Positions 10,337 through 25,300 of a stretch of DNA of 64,000 nucleotides are shown here, in pieces. The stretch spans positions 558,001 through 622,000 of the forward strand of contig CM075998.1 in NCBI GenBank assembly GCA_038087875.1, given 5' to 3'. The stretch comes from Malacoraja senta. Lineage: Eukaryota. The notes under the pieces were generated by a model that saw nothing but the letters and a program-made list of their open reading frames with translations, did not search any database and was not told where the DNA came from. A program made the position numbers and the translations under genes. Within the stretch, counting starts at the first letter, position 1; the number at the start of each line of letters is the position of its first letter.

Positions 10337-13300
10337 CTGATTTAAGAGAAAAAACAAGCTTGAAGGTGTAGAATCTGCATTTTATAAAACTATCAAGATT
10401 AATCCCATTAACTCATCATGGGGAATGAAGAGTATGTAAAGTGGATTCCAATACTGTGTGATCATCAGGCCGAAAGAGGTACTAGGGAATGGAACATTCT
10501 TCCAGGTTTTACACCCATTGCCGAGTAGAGCTCCCTCTATTTCTTTACTTTGCGCCAAAAATGCAATAATGTGGCTTTTCCAATTCCAGCCACCCATCTC
10601 TCCTCTCTCTGGGTGGTATTGGAAATTCAGTACCAACCAAAGCTAGCTCTGTCCACTTCACAGGAACTATCAAAGGAAACTTCCATTTCATCACTCAGCA
10701 GTAGGTTCAATGCCAGATCCAGTTGTGAATTAATCAGTGATTCATTGTACATAAATATTTCAGATTTTATATCATGTTACAACTTTTGCAACATGAGAAC
10801 AGACTGTTTGCTTTTTTTGCAGAAATGGAGAGCATAACCAAGCATTCTAATGCATACATACGTGTGCTGCAGTTACCCAGCAGGGTTGTTGAAGCCAGTT
10901 CTTGCAGCTCCTTACAGTCATGGTATGGGGATATTTAGCAAGCAAAACAGGATTGATTTGGAGTTTTGAAACAAAAGATGCTTAAAGAACAATTGAGTCA
11001 TTTGAGTAGCACCTTTTAACATTTTCAGGAAGTCCCAATAGATTTATTTGAAAGCATACGTTTTTGGAGATGGTACTGCAATAATAGAAAGAGCAGGCAA
11101 ACACAGCAACTGATTTGCGCATTGCAAGGTCCCATAAGAGCAGGTGTCCTGGTGCAAGCTTAAGTCTCCACTCTACTGACCAAACTGAAGGAGAACCAAC
11201 AATTAAGCACATTATGAACTTTAAATCTGGCTGTTAATCACCTAATTATTTGCAAAAGTCTGTTGTAACCCACCTAAAAAGTATAGTTTATATATAGCAT
11301 ATCAAAATTTATATGGAAAACCCTATATTAAGTCATGCAACATTCAACAAAGTAAACAACTTTTGCCAACTACAGAGAATAGACAATGTGAAAGACCGCT
11401 CCAGACAAATTATGACAAGTAAGAAAAACTACCAAGATAATAAATGCCTGCATCACTTCATTATTCTATCAAGCATTTTGTTTCAGGTTTGGGTAGGGTG
11501 GGGTTGCAGATGAAGTCGGCTAAAGGGATTAGCATGCCAAAAAGCTACTTATAAACAAAACATTTGAGAAATGAATCACGTTGAGTCTCAAAATTATACA
11601 ACCCAATATTCTCAGAATCACGGTTATTCAAGTGGCAACCTTCTACTCTTAGTCTTGAGAGGCACTAGTTCAGAGTATATCAAGGCATATCCAGATGGCT
11701 GGATCAATCCTATCATATAATACAAACCCAGACAAACTTTCAGAAACTATTAAAATATTCTGCAGTTTAGTTCAACTGCTGGATTTGAGCCTGTTGACAT
11801 CTTTGCACTCATCCCATTCTGCACTTACTATTCAAACAAAATAGACTTAAAATAGAATTAAACAAACACTAAAAATAAAAGTTTAAGTAAGTTTCAGACA
11901 GAGAACATCAGTGCTGAGAAAAGGGTACATATTATGCTTTGGGCATTTAGTGCCAGCATTAACTGGATGGCTTAAAAAAAAAATCTTGAAGGGTTTTGCA
12001 AACAGTGAGTAAAGCAGATTTTGAACAGTGGGTAGAGGAGAGGGTGTGGGGTGGGCAGAGCAGCAGCAAGCAAGCAGGGAATTAATAATTGATCAGACCT
12101 AATGATACTGAAGAGAAATTTTGCAAGGTCACTATAAAAGTGAAATATTAAGAGAGCAATTTACAAGAGACTTCAAAGGGCAAGGATGACAGCAGAAAAG
12201 GAACTCATCAACAAGATAGAAGATAAGGAGGGGCTGACACCAAGTCAGAGAGGTAAAAGTAAGCATAATCAGATAGAGAAAAACATTCCCTGCATGACAT
12301 TTCTCACTCTGCCTTGCGGACTAAATAATAGCTAATTAGTACTGAATTAAAGGAGAGTTTTGTGCTGAGCCCATGTTCCAGAAAATTGAATCACCAAATT
12401 CAATACACTTTAGTCAGCACAGTTTTACCTCAGCAGTGTGCTGCAGGTCAAGGTCAATTTCCATGCAGTTCCCCAAAAGTCTGATTTTCCAAGGCTTCAG
12501 CACTATCTTTTGTTAAGCATCTTAGATCTTAGATTTTAAGTTTATGCAATAAAATCTCTTTACACAAAAATAAGAAATAAAAGAGGCACTTACTTTTTGG
12601 ACTGCTCTGGACTTCTTCAGACTCTGGTACTTTCCAGTCCATCTTTCTGCCCTTCTCATATAGACCTTTCAGTATTTTTCGGAATTCATCTACGTCCATG
12701 CCGTGCTTGGTCAATTCCAGGTACTTTCGATAGAGTTGTAGTGCTGTACGTGCATCCTCTATGCTGTCATGTGTTTCACCCTGAATTTTGAGTTCTATCC
12801 AAGAAATCAACAAAGCGCCAATCAATCTCTCCATATTTGAGCACATTTTGCAAGGCTGGACAACATCCTCCAGCAGAGGCCGAACTAGACCTCCTCTCTA
12901 CTCTCTATCAGCTTTTCAGCTTGTCTATTTCTAATTCAATTCTTCCCAACCTTTCCTGCAAGTACTAACACCCAATTGTGTTATGCACCAGTTCTTATTA
13001 ACGAAGCAGTCATTTTTACACTTGAACCTACACAGTAAGCATTAGCAGATGATTTCAATTGGGAGAAAGTCACATTTGAAGCTGAACCTTGGCCCCTCTC
13101 ATTTTGGATTTCCCCAGGAAGGATGCTAAACAGTATCAAGACCAACTGCTGTGCCTCTGCAGTTGCCCCAGATAATATTAATTAACATTAACCAGGTATG
13201 GGATCTTCAAGATCCACAAGATTCAGCTTTCCCATATCAGGCAGCAATCTCATGGACAAAAGCCCAAACTACTGAAATACTGGGCAGTCACCTTTCTCCT

Positions 13301-16300
13301 GCAGGTTTAACTGCAGTACTCAATGTCATGCCATTCAGTAAAACATAAGAACATAGGAGCAGGAGTAAGCCACTCAGCCCTGCCCCATCATTCAATATGA
13401 CAATGGCTGATCTGTTCCAGACCTCATCTCTTCTGTGCCAGTTCCCTATAACCCTCAATTCCAGTCTTTCAAATATTTATCTACCTCTTTAAAAACCAAT
13501 GACCCAGCTTCCAAGATAGAGAATTCCAGAGATTCACCATCTTCTGTGAAATGTCCCGACACACGTCAGTTACAGGATTAGGGGGTGGTCATTTAAAACG
13601 ATGTCCACTTGAGCATCTCAACATCTGCACTATCATGCCCCTTAAGGATCTAATATGTTTCAGCAACATCACCTCTCATTCTTCTAAACTCCAAAGAATG
13701 TAGATTTAATTACTTTAGCCGCTCATGATAGAACAATCCTCTCATCCTAGGAATTGAACTCTTGAATGTCTGAAGAAGGGTCTCAACCCGAAACGTTGCC
13801 CATTCCTTCTCTCCAGAGATGCTGCCTCACCCGCTGAGTTACTCCAGCTTTTTGTGTCTACTCTTGAATGTCTTTTGGACTGCCTCCAATTCTAGTATAA
13901 TTTCTTAAGTAATGGGACCAAAACTGTGCCCAGTACCCCAGCTGTGGCCTCAACCCTGTACATTTGTAATAATATTTTCTAATTTCTAAACTCCAACCAT
14001 CTTGCAATAAAGGCCAATATGTAATTTGCCTTCTTGACCACTTGCTGCACCTGCCTGCTAACCTATTGAGATTCATGTACAGGAACATCCAAATCTCTGT
14101 GCTCTATTTAAATAATAACTCTCTACCCATTTAAATAATAATTTGCCATTTGGTTCCTCTTACCGAAATGCATGACCTCACTTTCCCATATAAAACTCCA
14201 TTTGCTAATATTTCACCACTCACTCAACCCATCCATAACCAGTGGCAAAGTACAAATCTCTTCATCACAACATGCCCTCCCATCTATTTCTGTAACTCAA
14301 TGCAATCAGCAATTTTAACGTCTTAAACCTACTGACAAGTCACAATGAATGCAAAAAAGGTTTGGATGATGCATGTTGATCTACAGAAATGCATGTCAAA
14401 AACATGTCAAATGGGTTGTAACACATACAGACCTAGAAAATACCATGCAAGGAAACGCAGCGAGATCATCCTCTTCCGAGGCATGTGAAACAAATACACA
14501 GTGTCTATCACTTGCTCCTTTGGAATCTGAAAATGGAAATAGGCAGAAAAATATATTACTCCCAAGCCTAAAAATTATATAAGTAACTCAAAATTTACTG
14601 AAGCTAGAACTTGGAATTGGATTTAGTATTTTGAACAGATAGAGGAGAATATTTTTTAAAGTCATTTTTAATAGCCTGATAATGTCAATCTATTAAAGTC
14701 TTTGCGTTTGCAAGGCATTGACACTAATGTTTCTTTAATCTTTGCTTACACTGTTTTTTTGTTGAAGGTCATGTTATTGCAATAGCAATACAAATTGTGG
14801 ATGCTCTTCTCTGCAAAATACACCACACCCCAATTATCTCACAAGGAACCATTCACAGAGAGCAGCTGCTTCCTGTTACATTAACCCCATGGGTCATATT
14901 TTCTAAGTAGATTTTGCCAATTAGGAGTTTCACTCACTCGCAACATTGAGCCAGATTGTGCTAAAGAAACTGCAACACGCATATCAGTGCATTCCAACTG
15001 TAACGCTTGCACACTGCAGCACAAAAGTACAAAAGCACTGGAGGTCAGATATAGGCGTAACAAATGTCTTGCTCCATTCATGGATTTACCTCAGGGCATT
15101 CAATAACTGGCTGAACCAAGGTGCTGAATGCAATTATATTGTACCTCTGTTTTACACAGGATGCAGCTGGCACATTTCATGTAGTTCCTTTCATCTGACT
15201 GGGATTGGCAACATTCATTAAGCTTATCCAGCTTTTTTGGTTATCTTCAATTCTATGAGCATGTTTTTATTTAATTAATATTTTGATTAAAACATTTTTT
15301 TTTTAATGCTTTGAGACACTTAGCAACAGTGAAACAGGCTTTCGACAGCATAAGCTGTTAAAGACCAGCAAGCCTGCAGGCTGAAACATGTAGAGGCCTG
15401 GCTGCCGCTCTATCTGTTCACAAGATTGTCAGGGAGCCAACAAAGGTTGTTAGCAGCCAGACAGCTACAAAACATTAATGCAGCCACATGATGAGCATAC
15501 GGGTGCAACCATGGGCAATGGATCAAATAACCTCCCTGCAGTTTTACCAGCCATTTTCCATTTTTAGAAAAAAGATTTCTGCTTCCAAAACCCCCAAGTC
15601 TGCTCAGTTATCAAAAGTGTACTGCAATGTGCTGGAACTAAATTTGGATGTGATACAATAAGAGCAAAGAATCATCTTCAGCTCGTCTGAACAAGGATCA
15701 ATTAGAAGTCAGGGTCTCTTTTAACATGTGATGGCAATTCAAAGCAAGACCAGATTTGCTTTCTAATATGCCATCCAGAAATGTACTGCTGTTATTCATC
15801 TGAAAACAATAACTTGGACGATATTGGCTCCTATAGCAATTACCCAAATGTGAATCACCATTTTAGAGAGAAGCAAAGTGGGAAAATAACCACACCCACT
15901 TGTTCATTAGCTGCAAGCAAATCCAGCTTGAGCAACTCCAGTCATGGAGCAATGGTAGTTGAGTGACACAGTTATGGGACTTAAACCTGCAAGTGAAGAT
16001 TTCAAACCCCAAAGGAAACTATGAGAAAGAATAACTTGGGCCATTCAAAAGGTGTCCTATTATTACAGAAGTAGAACTGGTTCTCTAATGCCTCCAGCAA
16101 GGAGACCTGCCACCCATTACCCTGGTTTGATCTTCATGTGATTGACACTTAAAGCTCCACAGAGTAATAATGAAACATAATATTTGCTTGTTTAATCAAA
16201 ATAAAGTTATGTCACTTAATGACATAACAAAATCAAAAATAATGCTGGTCATACTGAAACCCATCTAACTTCCACATTTGGACCTGAAGCAAGCTGGGCT

Positions 16301-19300
16301 CCCCCTAAAAAAAAATGACCAGTTTGTTTTCCCAGCCTTTTCCCCCCACCAGTTTTTAACCAGCCTTTATGAGAGAGATGAAAGGGACACAGTTGGGGAG
16401 TGTGTGGGGTGCGTGGGGCTCCTGAAGGCATATGAAATATGACTCAATAAACATCCTCAAATTGAACATTTCTTATGTCAGCAATTTTAGGGGCTTTTTA
16501 TATTTCAATCTTTTCGATGCTGGTAGGCCTGCTTCAACATATGCAGTTATTTAAAAGAAAACCTTGTGGATGTATTGCAGCAAATCAGACATCTCTCGCA
16601 GATCAGTGGCTGCCCTTGTAGATTTGCTGCCATTTGGGAAGGACTGGCAACGCTAGTTTTGAACAACACTACTGTGTGAAATTTCACTGAGTAGCCAAAG
16701 AGCACAGTGAGATTGTAAGAAAATAACAAGGAAATTCAGATGCTGGTTTATACCAAAGACAGACACAAAATGCGAGAGTAACTCAGCGGATCAGGCAGCA
16801 TCACTGGAGAACAACGGATCGGACCCAAAACATCGCCCATCTATGTTCTCCAGGGATGCTGCTTGACCCACTGAGCTACTCCAGAATTTTGTGTCTCTTT
16901 CTGTACAAAAGTAACATTAATTTAGGAACAGAGTTAAAACATTTGTCCCAAATGCAGCTAGGCCATTGTGTTTAAATTAAAAAGGAAATGAGATAGTTAC
17001 TTGACAGAGAGAAATAAAGAGAAAGCAAAAATGGTTCAAGGTATTTTTTGATTTATTTGCCACTGGCAAGACAAGGATTTATTACTCATCCCCATGTGCC
17101 CTCAATCCATTTCAGAGGTTAGTTGGGAGTCAATTACATTCCTGTTTCTGGATCCACATACTCCAGACTGGGTAAAATAAGATCAGCAGATTTCCTTCTC
17201 CAAGACATTAGCGAGTCAGCTTTAAAATATATATATATAATGGCAGCTTCTTAATCATTATATCATATTAGCTTTTCAAATCAGATTATTTATTAAAACT
17301 TTAAATCCAACATTGTTGTGGTGGGGTTGGACCACTGGACCCCTCGTTACTGGATCAATGGTTCAGACCTCACCCACTAATTTATACTAATGTTACCTTG
17401 TGGTGGTTTGTAGAGAAAAGTGCCAGTACAGAACTGCTGGGCTGAGTGGCCTGTTGCTCTTCATGTTGTGTTTTGTTTTAATAAGTATCCTGTTTTTCTA
17501 TTACCGGAAGACTAAATCCAGTCTTTTCCTATTTAAGAGTTTGTACTCTACATCACAAACAAAATATTTCCTCACTTAACATCTATAAACACCATTCCCA
17601 CTTTTCAGTGTCATTAAGTTAGTTGCGACAAAAAGGCCAATTACCAACATTGCAAGACTTGACATGGAGACGAAAGAGGGAGGGAGATAATGGAAGTGTC
17701 CACAAATAAAGGATGCCACATCAAGTAGCTTATCCCAATTATTATGTTTGTGAACTTTCTAAACCTACCATAAGATTTATGACTCTGAAGTCCTTCTGCA
17801 ACCCGTGTCCCACAAACTTCACTCCAACATCAATGAGGAACCTTAGTTTCAGGTACGTTGACTTCAAGGTGGTTAGGTGTTTAGATGAGATTTTGGCATC
17901 AAGGTCCCCAGGTTTGATTCCAGAATACTGGGTTAGATAATCCACAACCTATTGTTTTTTTTCCAAAGGACAAATTTGTGGAATAAGCACACAAGATCAT
18001 TTTCAGACAGAATCTAAATAACATTTATCCAACCGAAGAGATATTTCCTTCTTCCCACACACTGCAGATCCTGCAGCTGAAATGTGCCCAACCTGCTGCC
18101 AGGTTTACAATGATACCACGCTGAGCTGCCAGGATTTCACCTCCTGCCAAAACAAGTTGTTTGATCTCTATGTAGTGCCTTTCTGCTTAGCAAAGAGAAA
18201 TTAATACCCACATAGTGGACTTAACTGAAACAGAGCATCTCACAGCTGATTAACACTGCAATGATTTACATTAGTGATATAAACAATATACTCGATCAAT
18301 CACAAAGCGGAAGTTGCCAAATTAGGCAGCAAGATCAGAGGAATCATTACTCATGACATTACCTGTTCCTGTGTGGAGATGTAATCATCAATGAAGGGAA
18401 CACCCTCATTTGGTACCTGACCACGCACACATGTGATCCTTGCCACTGACATCTGACTGGGTTTGATGGTGGATTTTGTCCCATCACTGCGAAGCTCTGC
18501 TTCTTCCTGTGAACAAGCAACACCAAACCAAGCAAATCAATCTTACCACTAGGAACTGAGACAAAAGAGTATCCCAAACGGAACCAAGTCATCCTCTATC
18601 CCAAGAACAACAAACGTACCTGATTCAGAGTGACAAACTCTGCATCCAAACCCACTAAATCATTGGGTTGGGGCATTTCATTCAACATCAGTGGGATAAA
18701 TGTTGCATGACATTTTCGCTGCTTTCTAGCTAGAGATGCTTCTGCCAGCAAAACACTAGCCTCAATTGGATTCTTTACTAAAGGAGAGAGAAAAAAATAT
18801 TGACAAAGCAGTCATTGCAAGCAGGCCAGTGTACGTGCGAGAAATATCACCAAGTAGTTCACAGGAATTAGAAGAAGGCACCGCTACCAAATGAGCTAGG
18901 TCGAATCTCACAAACTGATTATCTTGGTCTTCCATACTAAGAATAAAGCAGCAGATTGTGCAAACTGTTTACAATACCATTGCTGGTTTAAGTGGTTGGT
19001 ACACAGTTAACACAAATAATAGTAAGACATTATAATTATTCATAGCTGTATCATTTTTAGTAGAATTGGCAAAAACACCAACAGAAAAAAACTGAAACTG
19101 CAGATATTTCATTGTTTCAGAGGAAACTAACCCTTATCTTTAGCAATTTAGCATATCTGTGGATATTACACCTGGTGTAAAAGGTCAGTATTGCCCTGAT
19201 GATGGCTTGAGCCATTGTAGAGTTTCCCTTTTATTTTAAAATGAATACCAGATTAGAGAAAGTCATTCTCGCCATATTTACACGTGTACTATTAGCACCC

Positions 19301-22300
19301 AAGCGCAGCTCAGCTCTGCTATACCAGGAGTGAAGAAGATAAAAATCACCCTACCCACCTCCAGTTAGTAATTCATACGTCACAAAACGTTACCTACTAG
19401 TTAAATCATACTTGGAATTCAGATTCCGTCTGGCATAGTACAAAATGCAGGGGATCTTCCAACTTAAATCAAACTGCACAGCTTCACACTGAAAAAACAA
19501 AACAAATGTTTAAATATACCACAATCTCAACAACTTAAAAAATGTTTTACTTGTCCCCTATTTAAATTGTTCACTTTCCCTTCCTTTCCTTTCCCAAGAG
19601 GAACATCATGTAAGCTACTCCACAAGAATTGTGGCAGTGCTACTTAATAACGTACTGTTGAGCAATGCCACAATGGTCCTCCTTATTCTGGACAGCACCA
19701 CTCCCCTCCTCACCCCAAACAACCAACAAACTGTATGTGGAACCAGAGCACAAAACCATCTTCCCTTAATTTGATCTACTTCGCTAGGATTTGACCTACA
19801 TATTGAAATAAAAAGCAAATGCTGGACGTTCTCGGCAGGTCGGGCAAAGGTGTGTGCCAAAAAGATGCCTGTGATAGGGTTGATGGCATACAAATAAATT
19901 TCTGCAAGTTTTAGAAAAGGGGGACATTATTTGTGCAAACTATAAAGGAATATTTCTAATTAATACTGAAGCCAAGTGTACACATGAAAAATTCATTGTA
20001 TTTTTGAAAGTATAGAACAGTAGCTTCAAGACAAAAAAATGTCAATTACCTTGTCAATTGGTTCTATGAGAAAGTCATTAAACAGATACCATTGTTTGTG
20101 AGTGACACCCTGAAACATTAAAACATTGCATGAGCTACAGATCTTACACCAAACCTAATACAGGAGATTTCCAACACTAATGCACTCGCGAAACATCACA
20201 CATATTACACATTGGTTTTCCTTCCATTATTGCACAAGCTATGCGTATCACTAACAAAACAAAATAAATTAGCATTAAACAGATTCCTTCAGTGATGTTA
20301 TGCTGCAGACCTGAATTGAGGAAACCAGTTTGAAATTTATGGTCCAAAGTGCTTCTTATTTAGTGGTAAAGCCTTTTTCATGTACCAATTTATGACTTGC
20401 AAAAGATTCACTTAAAGATGGCAGCTACCATTTGGGGTACAGTGAAAAGCTAAAGTAATGCTCTTTACTTGCTTTGCATTTTGGAAACTTAAACTGTCAA
20501 GAGTGTTTAATTGTCTTGTGTGCCAAAACCAACAAAACATTCCATGCTCATTAGATGTGTGGAAAATATCGGGCTATATAAAAAATTATTGCAGGAAAGG
20601 AAGGTAACTTTTTTTGATTAAACTCTGTGGTGATCTTATTGATTGAGATGCTAGTCAGTGAAAATAAAAAACTTCATATTTTTGGTCACTATTGTTTTTG
20701 AAGATGATGTATTCTAGATCACTGATGGTGGACGGGAAATTATGTGGATGTTTGAAAAAAAAGGTTTCTTTAAAGTCATGTCTAACAGAAGTTGAAGTGC
20801 AAACTATAATCAAACATTTATCAAATGTAGAAATTTAAAAAGTTAACTCATCCATTGAGAAAACTGAAGGTTTTAAAGTGCATCAATGCTTCTACTCTTT
20901 ATATTACCATTCTATTGCTGTACCAAAATTCTTCAATAACAAGACATTTGGATACAAATTATACTGCACCTCCTTCCGCTGGTGATAAGTTTCCCCAACT
21001 TTAATGTGAGCCACAAGACTGCCACCAGTCCGAGGATCTAAAATATGAGCCACGGTCACAACCAGGTCGTACAGATAGGTGTTCTCCTCATCTTCTGAAG
21101 CGGACAGCTGCAGAATAGGGCCAAAGTAATCAGTAAACATTCTGCTCAGTAACCACCATAGCAAGCAATTGGCTCAAATAACAGAAAATTAAAATATTGA
21201 ACAAACACCAATTTGTTGCTTCAAACAAACAGAAACAAAGTTTTGATGCTATTGCTAGGCATCGGAAATAAATAGCTCTTTGAAATAGATTTATGCTGTT
21301 AACACAAATTTCACAGTTAAAAATAAGAATGGAATTTTGGAAACCACATGCGTGCAACTTCCAAGACATCTTTAAAATTAACATTTACCCGATCTCCCCC
21401 TCCCCCCCCCCCCCCCCATCCTTAAACCGTTGAATTATTGGGCATTGTCCCAAAATCCCAAGTCTCCAACTCAGAGGGAAGACTTCTCTTCCAATTTGTA
21501 AATATCATCATCTTTACAATAGCATATTAATCAATTTAATACCTGCATCTAGTCTGGCTGAAGTTTAAATTACACTTTAACTTCCTTCAAATTGGTCTTA
21601 AGATATGATAAAACAGGGAACTTCAAAATCTTCCTTTTTAGTGTCAGGAACATACACAAATTAAGTTCCATACTGTATTGCTGCCAACTCCAAGAGAAAA
21701 GAAAGGACTACATACAAAAACGACATCATCCAGAGACCAAACAGAAGGTACATTCAAACCAGTTAACAATGCCTGGAAGGGCATGCAGGATAACACATTT
21801 CCAAAAAATAATTAATATATATTTAATGGTTCTTGTTTGGAATATCTTTTTGACCAACCACAATGAAGAAAGGAACAGAGGGACCAGAATAGAACAGTTC
21901 ACTTCCCCAGCACATTTCGGCTATCCACCTTGCAACAGGCAGGCTCAACAGGGTTTTACTATTTAAATTTGCAGAAAACTGTGAAAGTAAGAATGCTCCC
22001 TCTAGCATCCCTAAAAGTTACTACAGCACTTTAGTTCCATCAACAGTTCCAGTGTACTTACACAACTGTGCAAATTACAGTTAAATGCTAAAGGTTTTCC
22101 TCAAATTTGATATTACAGTATTCTAATTTACAGGGATAGTGATTCTACAAACATTTCTTTCCCAATAAAAATATTAACCGGGACATCAAGGGAAACCAAT
22201 TCAGAGAGATGCACGTTATCTGCTTCCAGATACCTGCTCTGAGCAGCTCATCCTTGTGTCCCATCGTTCCCTCCCCCCCACAAAGAGGAAACTGCTTAGC

Positions 22301-25300
22301 CCCTATTTTCCAATACCAAAGGTAACCTGCCTATTTGAGTTTCCCGATTACAGCTCCACTTACCACTGCTCACATTTCATTTTTGATCACCCATCTGACC
22401 TTAGTTAAAATTTTACAAACATTAGAATCAATCTCTTAAGGGGAGGTTTGAAAAGATACATCAAGGATTAAACTTAATTACATACGCCTTCATTTTCAGT
22501 CCAGTTTGTGACTTCTAGCTCCTTGTTTTTAGACAGCTTCATCTTGATAGAATTTGGCATCCAAATATTTTTCAATTCCTCAATTGATGTATAGAAACTC
22601 AGGCCTTCTGCATTACAAAGTGCTTCCCTGATGATAAAAAGTCAAAGCATCTACTGGTAAAAGGAACTTTACATTATCACTCAATACATCAAGATGAAAT
22701 TGGTCGATCTATTTGAATTATTGCATGGCAATAGAGGCACTGATGTCAGACAGCAGTACAAACTAGTTAAAAATTCTTCATGAAGTGGAAGGTACATTAC
22801 CCAGTTGTCATCTTTGATTCACACGCACAAACATCCATGTCAAAGACACCTGCGGCAGACTCATATGTATTGACAATAGCTCTGTGTTCAACACCATCAT
22901 TCCAACCAAACTCATTTCCAAACTCCTGGACCTAGGACACAGCAACTCCTCTGCAACTGGATCCTCAACTTCTTGACCCATTGACTGTAATCAGTAAGGA
23001 TGGGCAACAAAAAATACTCCACAATAATTCTCAACACAGGTGACCTACAAGGCTGCATTCTCAAAGCCTTACTATAGTCCCTATACACCCAAAACTGGGT
23101 GGCCAAAATTCAGCTCAAATGCATTTACAAGGCAGCAGATAACACCACCATAATAGGCCTGATCTCAAATAATGACGAGACAGAGAACAGGAAGGAGATA
23201 GAGAGCTTAGTAGCATTATGTCAAGATAACCTCTCTCTCTCCACATCAGCAAGATCAAGGAGCTAGTCATCGACTTCAGGAAATGAGGTGGTGAAAAGTG
23301 CCCCAGTCAGCAACAACGGTATTGAGGTGGAGATGGTCGAGACTTCAATTTACTAAATGTAAATATCACCAATTTGTCCTGATCCAACCACATGGACACT
23401 ATGGCTAAGAATGCACACCATCGCCTCCATTTCCTCAGAAGGCTAAAGAAATTCATCATATCTCAAATCTTCTCAGTTTCTACAGATGCATCGTGGAAAA
23501 CATCCTATCTGGATGCACCTCAGTTTGGTATGGCAACTGCTCTGCCCAAGACCACAAGGAATTGCAGTTATGCAGCCCAGTCCATCACAGAGACAGCCTC
23601 CTCTTGGGAAAGCAGCCGACATAATCAAGGAGCACTCACACTGCAGCCATTCCATCTTCTCCCCTCTCCTGTCAGTAAGACAATACAAAAGCTTGATAGT
23701 ACATACCACCAGATTCAAGAACAGCTTCTTCCCTGCTGTCAAAGATTCTTAAACAGACCTCTCACATGGTAAGAATTCCCAATTGACTCATGCACTTTTT
23801 TTTTTTTTTATTGAGCTGCAATTTCTGCGGCTGTAACATTATATTCTTCACTCCATTTTCTCTTTTACACAACCTGATGCACTTGTGTATCATATGATTT
23901 GCCTGGATAGCATGCATTTTTAAAAACTGTATTTCAGTACATGTGACAATAATACAGCAATAGTTTGCAAGCATTGTTCTTTTTTTAATTTGACCTGGAA
24001 AATCTTGTTGCATGTCCAGGTGTTGGGACAACATGTTGTTCTTGAGCAGACAAAAAGCAAAGACAATAGTTATTAAATAAAATGTCTTGAATTGAGCTTA
24101 CCACTTATGCGGACAATAGCACACTTTAAAAATCCCTACCATTCTGTTGGATTGTTTTCTTTCATTTTTATTGCTTCCAAATCTTCCTTCCTCATTTTGT
24201 TGCGCAATTCGTACTGCACAAAAAAAAATGGTACTGATAAAATATTCAAAAGCAACAAATTTAGCTACCAGTTAGATGCGATCTGTCCCCATCTTCATTG
24301 TTTTCTTCTTATGAAGGTAATAAGTCATACACAGTACCTGACATTTCATTTAATGGACTATGATTCATGCAATCAAGTAAGAATTATATTTCGACATAGA
24401 AACTATCACAGTGAAACTCTAGCCTATTCTCACACAGTCACAGATAAGCACTTGTCAAGAAAGGCACTAGAATGAAGTTCAAGTCCCTTTCACATTCACT
24501 TTCTGGGGCTCCTGGCTGACAGTAGCTTTAAACTAGGAGAGATAGTAACTAGATATAGTAAAGCCCTTTCTGCTATCCCAGCCAAAATAGCTAATGTATT
24601 ACCTGTAACATTTTCCTCATCGATATAATTCAATAGTGCACCCTGTAGCAACAAACCTCAGGAAAAATACATTGGTTTTGAAATGGAACACCGCGCAGAC
24701 TCAAAAGGCTTTTGAAGTGCTAACTTGTATTTCCGGAATATAAAGCTATCCTCGGCTTTTGAAAATAGTTTAAAATTATTGCACTACATTTCATTCATCA
24801 GGCTGACTGCTCTTCAGCTTCACCTTGCCACCAACACAATATTCTAACGTTATCTACAGTTACAGCAAACAACTCTCTCTTCAATCAGGGAATGGCTGGC
24901 ATTCTCTCCTTTCAGCACCATCCATTTATTTCAGAATCTTCTTGAACACTGAACACCACTTCCTACATTCCCCAAATGGGATGGAACCCCTGAAAATAGT
25001 CCCAGCAGATTTATATAAAGGGTGCATTTGAAATAATGACAATTAATTCCTCTGTACAGACCTCAGCTTGGCATTTCCAAAATTCAGCTTCCTTTGTGCT
25101 GTTGACTTCACAGTTAATAACAAGAACATCAGGCAAGCATCGAATATTCCTTGTTTGAATCTAGAGCAAAACACAATTCCCAATCAACACTGGAAGCTCA
25201 ATAGTGTATGGCACATTTTGATACAGTAACACAAGATGGCAATGAGTGATATGAAAGTCAAAGCTCAAAAGACCAAACACAGAGTCTTCAAAAACTCTAA

